Assembly: GCA_016198685.1 (NCBI GenBank)
Contig: JACQID010000008.1
Span: 32,001 to 96,000, forward strand
DNA: 64,000 bases
Reading direction: 5' to 3'
Source of the DNA: Candidatus Aenigmatarchaeota archaeon
GTDB lineage: Archaea; Aenigmatarchaeota; Aenigmatarchaeia; GW2011-AR5
Made by a program: the position numbers and the translations under genes. The notes under the pieces were generated by a model. That model saw only the letters and a list, made by a program, of their open reading frames with translations. It was not told the DNA's origin and did no database searches. This document shows, in pieces, positions 19,875 through 28,619 of this stretch. Within the stretch, counting starts at the first letter, position 1. Every line of letters starts with the position of its first letter.

Positions 19875-19892
19875 GTAGGGCATTTGCCCTAC
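19875..19892. promoter_or_regulatory. Perfect palindrome upstream of thermosome (candidate operator)
   Basis: GTAGGGCA-TT-TGCCCTAC between the SD (GGAGGTG on minus strand) and a TTTAAA box. Confidence 0.5.
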
Positions 19893-20029
19893 GATATAAT
19901 CTAGGCAATATTTAAAAAAGTGTACTTTAATGCTCCAAAGCGGCAGGAAGCGCAGAAAACGGCCTTTCAGTGGGCCAAACGCCGCTCTGTTTGCATGGAT
20001 TTAAGTTTTGCGAATTAAGTAGCAGTCAG

Positions 20030-20144
20030 GGGCCGGTAGCTCAGTCGGTAGAGCATCAAAGTGATGTGCACGTCTTATATGACGGCTGAGTATTATGCCA
20101 TCTAGGCAAACTGAAGGTCGGGAGTTCGATTCTCCCCCGGCCCA
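20030..20144 (+). tRNA. tRNA-Ile(TAT) with two introns (29/30, 13 nt, 20059-20071; 37/38, 29 nt, 20080-20108)
   Basis: Spliced product GGGCCGG TA GCTC AGTCGGTA GAGC A TCAGT CT TAT AA ACTGA AGGTC GGGAG TTCGATT CTCCC CCGGCCC A (73 nt); central helices GCAU/GUGC and CUUA/UAGG. Confidence 0.88.
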
Positions 20145-20448
20145 TTTCTTTCCTATTCATGTTTTCATCACGGATGCTAATTTTGATTTTGGTGATATTG
20201 GACGATTGCAATCGGCGTGCTGCCGATAAAAACGTTTTCAGTTGTTCTGATTATATATTGCTCTTTCGTCGGTTTGTAATTAACTGATTGTTCATGTGCG
20301 AGGATAGTTTCAGGCGTGTCCATGTATCATCAAATAAAATTGAATGCATGCGCAAATTCGGTAAGTAAAGTTTATTTTACGATGTCTATGACCGCAACTT
20401 ATATATATGGGCCGTTGTCATAGCATTATTATAAATAATAGGTGAAAA

Positions 20449-20520
20449 ATGATGGCAGCTAAAAAGAAGAAAGCCGTGAAAAGAACAACAAAGAAAACGG
20501 CCAAGAAGAAAAAACGATAA
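20449..20520 (+). CDS. 23-aa Lys-rich microprotein
   Basis: MMAAKKKKAVKRTTKKTAKKKKR; GGTGA SD 4 nt upstream, AT-rich TATA-like region, T-rich tract downstream. Confidence 0.65.
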   Translation: MMAAKKKKAVKRTTKKTAKKKKR

Positions 20521-20617
20521 ATAAATTCTTTCTTTTTCTTTTTTTGATTCTCAGAAGTGTAATTTTTTATAAAAAATCAAGTAGCCTTCTCGACTTCTAT
20601 TCTCAAGCTTGACGGAT

Positions 20618-21085
20618 TTAACCGTGATAATCTGTAGTCTCGCTCTTGAACTTGAGATCCTGCCAGCCCGCGGAAAGCTTCTTGCACATATGCTTCACTT
20701 CCTTTTTCATGTCGTTGTTCCAGAACTGCCATGTCTCACGTATCCATTCGGCAACGTCTTCTTCCTCGGGATCCATCAGGAGCATATTATTTTTCCATTT
20801 GAGAACCTGCAGCCTCTTATAGAGCTCAAAGAGCTTCTGCTTCTCTTCTTTCGTTATCATGTGCTGTTCATAGAAGCCGGAGAGCGAATCAACATCGCCT
20901 ATCATGGGTTCTATCATTCTTTCAGTGAAGGAGAAGACTCGGTTGGAGATTTCTGATCTGATCTGTTCAAATATTTCTCCTTCCTCTTCTATTTCAAAGT
21001 TGAAAGTTTCTTTTAATTCGGTCAGGTGCGGCAGGCTGAACTTGGTTTGGAATTTTTTATACTTCTCCAGAACGTCGGGTTGCAT
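20618..21085 (-). CDS. Hypothetical protein
   Basis: 155-aa helical ORF. Confidence 0.75.
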   Translation of the reverse strand: MQPDVLEKYKKFQTKFSLPHLTELKETFNFEIEEEGEIFEQIRSEISNRVFSFTERMIEPMIGDVDSLSGFYEQHMITKEEKQKLFELYKRLQVLKWKNNMLLMDPEEEDVAEWIRETWQFWNNDMKKEVKHMCKKLSAGWQDLKFKSETTDYHG

Positions 21086-21096
21086 CGTATAATAAA

Positions 21097-21210
21097 TCTG
21101 GCAAACTATATAAATTATAGTTAGCCAAGTTAAGCGGGAATATTAGACTCGGCTAACTGTATGTGACGAAGTTCTATGATTATGTATTAAAATTATCTTG
21201 GCCAGCTATA
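21097..21210. repeat. Four degenerate copies of a 14-bp motif in a divergent intergenic region
   Basis: TCTGGCAAACTATA (21097-21110), reverse copy TATAGTTAGCCAAG (21116-21129), CTCGGCTAACTGTA (21148-21161), CTTGGCCAGCTATA (21197-21210). Confidence 0.6.
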
Positions 21211-21220
21211 TTCTGCGGAT

Positions 21221-21889
21221 GTGGAATGCATGAAGGTTGTAATAAAGATTGGAGGATCGGTTGCAATAAACGAAATGGGAATTAATTCCCACTATTTTTC
21301 TCAGATGCTTCCAATCCTAAAGATGATCGAGAAGGGCAATGAGGTCTCCCTATGCATAGGCGGAGGGCGCATAGTGAGAAATTATTTCGCGTCTGCGCGC
21401 GCCCTTGGCATGACAGAAAGAGAAATGGAACTTATAGGCATAGATATGATCAAGGCGCATGTCCGTTTCCTTGCATTTCTCACTAAAAAGACACCGATTT
21501 TTTCACGTGAAGAGATAAAAGCCAAGAATATGGTGATAGGAGGTCTTGAACCAGGAAAAAGCACTGACCATAGTGCTGCGCTCCTCGCTTCAATCATAAA
21601 AGCGGATATGTTTGTGAAGATGACGAACGTTGCAGGCATATATGACAAAGATCCTGCAACGCATGAAGGAGCAAAACTGATAGAATGCATGTCATTTTCG
21701 CAGCTTAAGGGCTATGCCAGCAGCGGAACTCCCGGTAATTACGGCATCCTGGACGCGGCGGCTATAGAAATAATAGTCAGAGAAAAAATAACCACCGTTA
21801 TAATGGACGGAAGAACGCCGGAAAACCTTGCCAAGGCGCTGTCGTTGCAGACAGGAACGATCATCAAAGAAACATTACAAGGAAAATAA
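21221..21889 (+). CDS. pyrH: UMP kinase
   Basis: VVIKIGGSV, IGGGRIVR, PGKSTD, TNVAGIYDKDP. Confidence 0.93.
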   Translation: MECMKVVIKIGGSVAINEMGINSHYFSQMLPILKMIEKGNEVSLCIGGGRIVRNYFASARALGMTEREMELIGIDMIKAHVRFLAFLTKKTPIFSREEIKAKNMVIGGLEPGKSTDHSAALLASIIKADMFVKMTNVAGIYDKDPATHEGAKLIECMSFSQLKGYASSGTPGNYGILDAAAIEIIVREKITTVIMDGRTPENLAKALSLQTGTIIKETLQGK

Positions 21890-22159
21890 TGAATAGGAAT
21901 AACCCGAGTATTGTTCCAACCGCATCTTCTATTGTGAGCTTCATAAAGTAGATATGGGATGGCCACCTTATAAAACTTTCTAGTCCTTATTACGGCCGAT
22001 GAATGCAACTTTTGCCCTGCAGGAATTATACGGCTAAATACTTATGTTCAATCCTATAATTATACTCAAAGATGCAATTTACGGAAATTAATGCGGCTTT
22101 GTATATGCAAAGGACGCCATTAAATGCCCGATTATCAATATCCTTCAGTATAATTGCAA

Positions 22160-22257
22160 GGGCTCGTGGTCTAGCGGCTATTTTCCGAAAACGGAAAAAC
22201 GCAAATGACGCAACCTTCACATGGTTGAGGCCGGCGGTTCAAATCCGCCCGGGCCCA
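22160..22257 (+). tRNA. tRNA-Val(CAC) with 25-nt D-loop intron (20a/21; 22180-22204)
   Basis: GGGCTCG acceptor, CAACC TT CAC AT GGTTG arm, T arm GGCGG TTCAAAT CCGCC; intron hairpin TTTTCCG-AAAA-CGGAAAA. Confidence 0.92.
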
Positions 22258-22268
22258 TTGGTGATGGA

Positions 22269-23252
22269 ATGAAAGCTACAGCAAAGGCGAATGCAAATAT
22301 AGCTCTGATAAAATATTGGGGCAAACGTGACGAAGCGTTGATATTGCCGTATAATTCATCAATATCAATGACTTGCGATGCCATGGAAACCATTACTACA
22401 GTAGAATTCTCGGAAAATTACGACACAGATACGGCAATCATAAATGATGAGGAGCTGTCCTCGGATCAGAAGCGTGTCTATGACCATATAGGCATGATTA
22501 GAAAAATGGCAGGAATAAAGGAAAAAGCAAAGATAGTTTCCGAAAGCAATTTTCCACTTGCTGCGGGATTGGCTTCTTCTGCCTCCGGTTTTGCAGCTCT
22601 TACCGTTGCGGCCGTCGCCGCCGCGGGGTTGAAACTCCCGGAAAAAGAACTGTCCATTATCGCTCGGCAAGGCTCCGGCTCCGCTTGCCGCTCCATACTC
22701 GGAGGTTTTGTTGAATGGAAGAAAGGCAGCAAGTCCTCGGATTCATATGCCGAACAGATAGCAGGCAAGGATTATTGGAAGGATTTCAGGATGATAGCTA
22801 CCATAGTCAAGGAAGGGAGGAAAGCGATTTCATCCCGTTCCGGTATGTCGCAGACAGTGAAGAACTCGCCCTATTACAGCGGCTGGCTCTCTTCGATAGA
22901 GGAAGATCTAAACAGGATGAGAGAAGCGATACGCTCACGAGATTTCGCATCTGCAGGCAGCATTGCAGAGTACAATGCTCTAAAAATGCATTGCACCATG
23001 ATGACATCCAAGCCGCCCATCATGTATTGGAAGCCTGCAACTGTTGAAATAATGAACGCGGTGATGGCATGGCGAGAGGATTTGGAATCATATTTCACAA
23101 TGGATGCGGGTCCTAACGTTAAAGTCATGTGCATGAAGAAAGATGAAAAAGAGCTATGTCAGAGGCTCTCAGAATTGGAGGGAGTTGTAAAGACAATATC
23201 CTGCGCCCCAGGAAGCGGCGCGGCTCTTAGTCAAAAGCATTTGTTTGATTGA
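22269..23252 (+). CDS. mvaD: Diphosphomevalonate decarboxylase
   Basis: NIALIKYWGK, GLASSASG, GSGSACRS, SSRSGM, FTMDAGPNVKV; start moved to MKATAK because the longer ORF overlaps tRNA-Val. Confidence 0.93.
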   Translation: MKATAKANANIALIKYWGKRDEALILPYNSSISMTCDAMETITTVEFSENYDTDTAIINDEELSSDQKRVYDHIGMIRKMAGIKEKAKIVSESNFPLAAGLASSASGFAALTVAAVAAAGLKLPEKELSIIARQGSGSACRSILGGFVEWKKGSKSSDSYAEQIAGKDYWKDFRMIATIVKEGRKAISSRSGMSQTVKNSPYYSGWLSSIEEDLNRMREAIRSRDFASAGSIAEYNALKMHCTMMTSKPPIMYWKPATVEIMNAVMAWREDLESYFTMDAGPNVKVMCMKKDEKELCQRLSELEGVVKTISCAPGSGAALSQKHLFD

Positions 23253-23646
23253 TATGATTCTGCATGATACGGCTTCGATAGTAGTTGAGAAAGAAAATAA
23301 AGTCCTTCTCGTGAAGCGAGCTACGCGCCCTGAAAAGGGTTATTGGACAGTGCCTGGCGGGCACGTGGATGCGGGTGAGACGTTCAGGCAAGCTGCACAG
23401 CGCGAGGCCATAGAAGAAGTAGGCGGTGTCACTATTGAGGGTTCGCAGATGATGTCTTTTATCCATGATGCAGACATATGCCACAGGCACAAGGCGCATG
23501 TATTCCGGGGAAACGTCACAGGCAAAATTATTGCAGGAAGCGATGCCGCCGATTTTGGCTGGTTTTCTTTGAATGAAATGAAGAAAATGGACATAACGCA
23601 TTATACCAAAAAAATTCTGAATAAGCTTTGTGAGGAAAAAGCATGA
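23245..23646 (+). CDS. Nudix hydrolase
   Basis: Nudix box GGHVDAGETFRQAAQREAIEEVG; overlaps mvaD and mvk. Confidence 0.9.
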   Translation: MIDMILHDTASIVVEKENKVLLVKRATRPEKGYWTVPGGHVDAGETFRQAAQREAIEEVGGVTIEGSQMMSFIHDADICHRHKAHVFRGNVTGKIIAGSDAADFGWFSLNEMKKMDITHYTKKILNKLCEEKA

Positions 23647-24650
23647 ATGTTTCCGCGCCGGGCAAGATAATAATAATCGGGGAGCATGCTGTCGTCTATG
23701 GCAAGCCTGCCATAATAGCTGCGGTTAACAAGCGCTGTAATGTTGCGATCAAGAAAGCTAAGACCATAACGGTTAGCTCGCCTCTGATAAAAGCCGTCTT
23801 GAATTTTTCAGCACCAGAAGCCATTGAACGTTCCGAAAAAGCTGATGCTCTCTGGAAAAAATGCGCTGAAGCGAAGGACTTCAGTGCGCTCTTTGCAGCT
23901 ACGAAGAATAACGGCGATGCCCTGAAGGCAGGAATAGGCAAGATACTGCGTGAATTCAGGATAGATGGCGGAGCGGATATTAAGATAGATTCCGATATAC
24001 CTATAGGTTACGGGATGGGGTCTTCTGCCGCTCTGGCCGTTTCTTTGACTAAGGCCATTACATCGCTTTACGGAAAGAATGTTGCGCTTGAGGAGTTAAA
24101 CGCAGTTGCATACAAATTGGAACAATATTCCCACGGCACGCCTTCAGGAGGAGACAATACAGCTTCCTGCTTTGGTGGCGTCATGCGATACGTCAAAGAG
24201 CCTAAAACTATGGAGCGGTTGGATCTAGGCAAACTCGAGAACTTTATTCTTATTTACTGCGCGCCGCCAATGAAAACTACAGGAGAACTTGTCCAGAGCG
24301 TACGCAATCTTGACGCTGCGTTTAGGGCGGAAAGGGTGGATGCGCTTGGATTGCTGGCAGAACGCATGCTCGGCGCTTTGCGCAAGAGAGATCATGCGGA
24401 AATAAAACATATAATCAACGAGGCGCAGAAAAATCTTCAGGAACTCGGCGTTTCTACACCTGAAATAGACAAAGTCTGCAAGAGAGTGGAAAAAACAGGC
24501 GGAGCCGCCAAACTCTGCGGAGCCGGTGGCGGCGGCGTTGTGATGTGCTATCATGAAGACGCTGCCAAGCTCGAGGCTGCCGTGCGCGCTGGGGGTTACG
24601 AGCCGCAGCATGTACAGCTCGGAGCAGAAGGCGTCATGATAGATTCATAA
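23643..24650 (+). CDS. mvk: Mevalonate kinase
   Basis: APGKIIIIGEHAVVYGKPAI, PIGYGMGSSAA, HGTPSGGD, KLCGAGGGG. Confidence 0.94.
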   Translation: MNVSAPGKIIIIGEHAVVYGKPAIIAAVNKRCNVAIKKAKTITVSSPLIKAVLNFSAPEAIERSEKADALWKKCAEAKDFSALFAATKNNGDALKAGIGKILREFRIDGGADIKIDSDIPIGYGMGSSAALAVSLTKAITSLYGKNVALEELNAVAYKLEQYSHGTPSGGDNTASCFGGVMRYVKEPKTMERLDLGKLENFILIYCAPPMKTTGELVQSVRNLDAAFRAERVDALGLLAERMLGALRKRDHAEIKHIINEAQKNLQELGVSTPEIDKVCKRVEKTGGAAKLCGAGGGGVVMCYHEDAAKLEAAVRAGGYEPQHVQLGAEGVMIDS

Positions 24651-26858
24651 CGATTTTTCGGCTTGGGCGACTATATGCCTTATTTTATCGACTGCATCTG
24701 CATTGACTGATATGCTGGTCGTTCCCCATTGCACGAGTTTCTTCGCAAGATCCGGATAATAACTCGGCGCTTGGCCGCATATCGAGCAGGTCACGCCGTT
24801 CTTTGCGCAGGCCTTCACGACTCTTTCAATGCACCACAGTACAGCAGGATCAAGCTCATTGAACCATCTTTCAGCCAGCATTGCGGAGTCTCTGTCTACG
24901 CCCAATGTAAGCTGCGTAAGGTCATTGCTGCCTATTGAAACTCCGTCTATCCCTTCGCGTATGAAGTCCTCAATCAATATCGCGGTTGATGGAACTTCCA
25001 CCATTATCCAGAGCTTGAATTTCGGGTAATCGTAGAGCCCTGCTGTCTTTATCGTATTTTTTATTTCTCTGAGTTCCCAGGCGCTTCTGATGAATGGTAT
25101 CATCAGGCATATATTGTCAAGGCCTTCTTCGTACGCTTTTTTTATCGCAGCAAGCTCGAGCCTGAATTCCTGGGGTTCCACGATGTAGCGGGAAGCGCCT
25201 CTCCATCCTATCATGGGATTATTTTCCACAGGCTCCCTTTCTCCGCCCTCTAGATTGCTGTATTCATTGGTCTTGAAATCAAGCGAGCGGTATACTACAG
25301 GGCGCGGATAAAATGCTTTTCCCACGCGTGCCACGCCTTCGTATATCTTTTCAACAAATTCATTTTCCCTGCCTTCGGCTATCAGGAATCCCGGATGCTT
25401 TCCCACATTGGCGGCTATGAACTCCGCTCTCATCAGGCCTATGCCGTCGCATGCAAGTTTTGAGTACCTTTCCGCCGCTTCCGGCTGGCCAAGGTTTACA
25501 TATATCTTTGTCCTTGTAGGAGCGAAGTCGTATTTCTCTTCACGTCTCTCTATCTTAACCGTTCCATTGTAAATCCGGCCTGTATATGCATCAAGCGTAG
25601 CTATTTGATTTTCTTTCAGAGCTAATGTCGCAGTCCCGGCCCCGACAACGCATGGTATGCCAAGCTCCCTGGATACTATAGCAGCGTGAGATGTCATTCC
25701 TCCTTCGTCTGTGATTATTCCCCCAGCTATCTTCATCGCAGGCACAAAATCCGGCGATGTCATCTTTGCAACCAGTATGTTTCCGGGACTGACTTTACCC
25801 ATATCCTTCGCATTTGCAAGTATCTTGACTGCGCCTGTTGCCGCACCCGGAGATGCAGGGAGCCCCTTGGCCAGGTATTCGATTTCCTCGGATACAGAGC
25901 TTGTCCCCCCTGTACGCACTGCTGTCACAGGTCTGGCTTGCAGAAGGAATATCGTACCGTTCTCGATTGACCATTCAAAATCCTGCGGCCGGCCGTAATG
26001 GGATTCCAGTCTTAAGGCCATGCGTGCGAGTTCTTCCACAGACTTTTGCGGAAGGCAGAGTATGTCCTGCCTTCCGCCTTCTATTACCGTTTCCTGCAGG
26101 CCTCCTGCGCTGTTTAATATCTTCATTCTTGTTTTTTTCCCGCTTCGCGTATCTATGATGTTCAGGGTTTTCTTGTCAATTATGTAGGTGTCAGGGGTTA
26201 TCTCTCCTGACACAACCGAATCTCCCTGCCCCCAAGCCGCTTCGATAACTATCCGATCCGTTTCTCCTGTTACCGGGTTTACGGTAAACCCTACTCCGGC
26301 TTGGGAAGAATCAAGCTGCTTCTGGACAACGACCGACATAAACACGTCACGGTCGCTTATGCCTTTCGCTTTTCTGTAAGAAATAGCCCGAGAGGTAAAG
26401 GCAGATGCCATGCATTTCTTTACGGCATCGAGCACGTTTCTTTCTCCGCTGACGTTCAGCAATGTAAGCTGTTGTCCCGCAAAGCTGGCATCTTCAAGAT
26501 CTTCTGTTGTAGCCGAGCTCCTTACTGCAACAGGCAAATCACGCGTTCCGTATTTTTCAGAAAGATCGCGATAAGATCCCGTTATTTCCTTTTCAATATG
26601 GTCAGGCATGCGTGATTCTTCTATCTGTCTGCGTACAGAGGCTGATGCTTCTTCGGATCGTGATATGTCATTATCCTCTCCGAGTAACGAAGAATAATCC
26701 ATGCCATTTAGAAAATGTTTGTAAGCTTCAGTCGTAACGGCAAATCCATGGGGCACAGGGAGACCGGCCCTGATGATCTCGCCAAGATTGGCGGCCTTGC
26801 CCCCGACAGAAAGAATATCATTTTTGGAAACATTTTCCAGCCCCCTTACAAATTCCAC
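24645..26858 (-). CDS. ppsA: Phosphoenolpyruvate synthase (pyruvate, water dikinase)
   Basis: GGKAANLGE, AVRSSATTEDLEDASFAGQ, TSHAAIVSRELGIP, NPMIGWRG, SIGSNDLTQ. Confidence 0.96.
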   Translation of the reverse strand: MEFVRGLENVSKNDILSVGGKAANLGEIIRAGLPVPHGFAVTTEAYKHFLNGMDYSSLLGEDNDISRSEEASASVRRQIEESRMPDHIEKEITGSYRDLSEKYGTRDLPVAVRSSATTEDLEDASFAGQQLTLLNVSGERNVLDAVKKCMASAFTSRAISYRKAKGISDRDVFMSVVVQKQLDSSQAGVGFTVNPVTGETDRIVIEAAWGQGDSVVSGEITPDTYIIDKKTLNIIDTRSGKKTRMKILNSAGGLQETVIEGGRQDILCLPQKSVEELARMALRLESHYGRPQDFEWSIENGTIFLLQARPVTAVRTGGTSSVSEEIEYLAKGLPASPGAATGAVKILANAKDMGKVSPGNILVAKMTSPDFVPAMKIAGGIITDEGGMTSHAAIVSRELGIPCVVGAGTATLALKENQIATLDAYTGRIYNGTVKIERREEKYDFAPTRTKIYVNLGQPEAAERYSKLACDGIGLMRAEFIAANVGKHPGFLIAEGRENEFVEKIYEGVARVGKAFYPRPVVYRSLDFKTNEYSNLEGGEREPVENNPMIGWRGASRYIVEPQEFRLELAAIKKAYEEGLDNICLMIPFIRSAWELREIKNTIKTAGLYDYPKFKLWIMVEVPSTAILIEDFIREGIDGVSIGSNDLTQLTLGVDRDSAMLAERWFNELDPAVLWCIERVVKACAKNGVTCSICGQAPSYYPDLAKKLVQWGTTSISVNADAVDKIRHIVAQAEKSL

Positions 26859-26990
26859 AATACCACCCCGTATTAACGCGCAAGCAATCGCGCCTGAATA
26901 TTATATGCCCCATTATTTAAATAGTTTCATACTTCTTCATACTTTTTCATTTGTTTCTATTTTAAAATATAGCAATGCAAAAAGCTACAC

Positions 26991-28064
26991 ATGACCCATG
27001 TTTCGGCGCCGGGCAAGCTGATGATAGCAGGAGAATGGTCGGTTCTTGAGCCAGGGAACCCTTGCATAGTTGCGGCAGTGGATAAGCGCGTTCACGCGGA
27101 AGTCAGAAAGAGCGCCGTGCTTACACTCGAGTTGAAAGATTTTGATATCAAGGCTTCCGGCTCGTTTGTCAATGGCAGGATTATATGGGATTCTGACGAT
27201 CCGAAACTCATTTTTGCCAAATCGTCTGCCGAAACCGTAGTCAAATATACCGGCAGAGAAGAGCCTTTCAGGCTGATAACTTATGGCTCTGCTGACATGG
27301 AAACCAAAGGAGCAAAACTCGGTTTCGGTTCGTCGTCTGCAGCGACCGTTGCCATGGTGGCTGCCATATTGGGTTATTTTTCCAAGAAAGAAAAATTCGA
27401 GACTACGGTCTTCCGGCTTTCCGCCATAGCTAGTTATAACGCGCAGGGCAAAATGGGATCGTGCTTCGATATAGCGGCTGCAGTATATGGCGGCGTGATA
27501 ACTTATGAAAGATTCGACCCGAAATGGCTAGAGGCGGAATTGCGTTCTTCGCAAATGCGGGATATGATCATTAAGAAATGGCCGGGTCTAAAAGTCAGGC
27601 GCTTGGGCATTCCGGGGAATCTGCAATTGCTCGTGGGCTACTCGGGAAAGGCAGCTTCTACGACTGAAATGATCCGGCAGATGAAAGAATTCAGGCAGGA
27701 GAACTCTGAAAATTACGCAAGAATCATGGGCGATATATCCGTAACAGTACAGTCCATGGTAAAGGCATGGGAAGCTTCTGATGCAGATGTTGTAATCTCA
27801 CTTGCCAACAGGAACGAAAAGTTGCTGCGGGAACTGACACGCCTTTCCAACATGCCAATAGAGACAAAAGAGCTTATGCGTCTCTCTGCGTTAGCCGAGG
27901 ATGAGGGGGCTGGCGGCAAGCTTTCCGGCGCAGGGGGCGGTGATTGCGCCATAGCTATCTGTTTCTCCGAGAAAACGGCTCAACAGGTCAAGAGTGCATG
28001 GGAATCTAACGGTTTTCGCATGGTCAATGTGAAGATAGACAAGCAAGGGATACGCGAAGAATAA
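26991..28064 (+). CDS. mvaK2: Phosphomevalonate kinase (MvaK2/ERG8 type)
   Basis: APGKLMIAGEWSVLEPG, KLGFGSSSA, GSCFDIAAAVYGG, KLSGAGGGDCAI. Confidence 0.9.
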   Translation: MTHVSAPGKLMIAGEWSVLEPGNPCIVAAVDKRVHAEVRKSAVLTLELKDFDIKASGSFVNGRIIWDSDDPKLIFAKSSAETVVKYTGREEPFRLITYGSADMETKGAKLGFGSSSAATVAMVAAILGYFSKKEKFETTVFRLSAIASYNAQGKMGSCFDIAAAVYGGVITYERFDPKWLEAELRSSQMRDMIIKKWPGLKVRRLGIPGNLQLLVGYSGKAASTTEMIRQMKEFRQENSENYARIMGDISVTVQSMVKAWEASDADVVISLANRNEKLLRELTRLSNMPIETKELMRLSALAEDEGAGGKLSGAGGGDCAIAICFSEKTAQQVKSAWESNGFRMVNVKIDKQGIREE

Positions 28065-28094
28065 GTTTTTATCATTTCACCCCTATGGGATTGA

Positions 28095-28619
28095 ATGGAA
28101 AACGACACGCTCATTCTCGTGGATGAGAATGATAACGAGATAGGCAATGATAGTAAAATTAATTGTCATTATCGCGAACCTAAGCTTCATCGGGCATTCT
28201 CGGTTTTTATTTTCAATGGCAATGGCGACATGCTGATAACCCAACGAAGCGAGTCGAAAAAGACATGGCCGCTTCACTGGAGCAATGCCTGCTGCAGCCA
28301 TCCGCGGAAGGGTGAGATTACAGATGTTGCGGCCTTGCGCAGAACAAAGGAAGAGCTTGGCATAAGCTGCGCCCTGAAGTTTCTTTTTAAATTTCAATAT
28401 GCCGCCCGATACAGCGAGGAGTGGGGCGAGAAAGAACTCGATTGGGTTTATATCGGGATGCACGAAGGCCCGATCAATCCGGATCCCGGCGAGATAGCCG
28501 GCTGGAAGTTTATTTCTGTGCAAAAGCTACAGAATGATATTAAGAAAAATGCTGACAATTATACTCCATGGTTCAAACTTTGTGCTGAAAAAGTCATTGA
28601 GCGCATGAGAGGTCTCTGA
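28095..28619 (+). CDS. idi: Isopentenyl-diphosphate delta-isomerase, type 1
   Basis: LHRAFSVFIFN, QRSESKKTWPLHWSNACCSHP, EKELDWV, YTPWF. Confidence 0.95.
   Translation: MENDTLILVDENDNEIGNDSKINCHYREPKLHRAFSVFIFNGNGDMLITQRSESKKTWPLHWSNACCSHPRKGEITDVAALRRTKEELGISCALKFLFKFQYAARYSEEWGEKELDWVYIGMHEGPINPDPGEIAGWKFISVQKLQNDIKKNADNYTPWFKLCAEKVIERMRGL

Noticed and set aside
19939-19986. Hairpin AGCGGC...GCCGCT with inner GGCCT/GGGCC upstream of tRNA-Ile
   Set aside because: Short stems, no C/D or K-turn motif; may be chance in a promoter region
20030-20144. Reading this tRNA as Ala(GGC) or Cys(GCA) from the GGCAAACTGA segment
   Set aside because: No U33 or 5-bp stem in those registers and no G3-U70; two BHB motifs give a perfect Ile(UAU) cloverleaf
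20180-20325. About 48-aa minus-strand ORF MDTPETILAHEQ...
   Set aside because: No motif or clear SD; cannot be supported from sequence alone
22221-22268. N-terminal extension MVEAGGSNPPGPIGDG of the mvaD ORF
   Set aside because: It is translated tRNA-Val sequence; the family-typical start is at 22269
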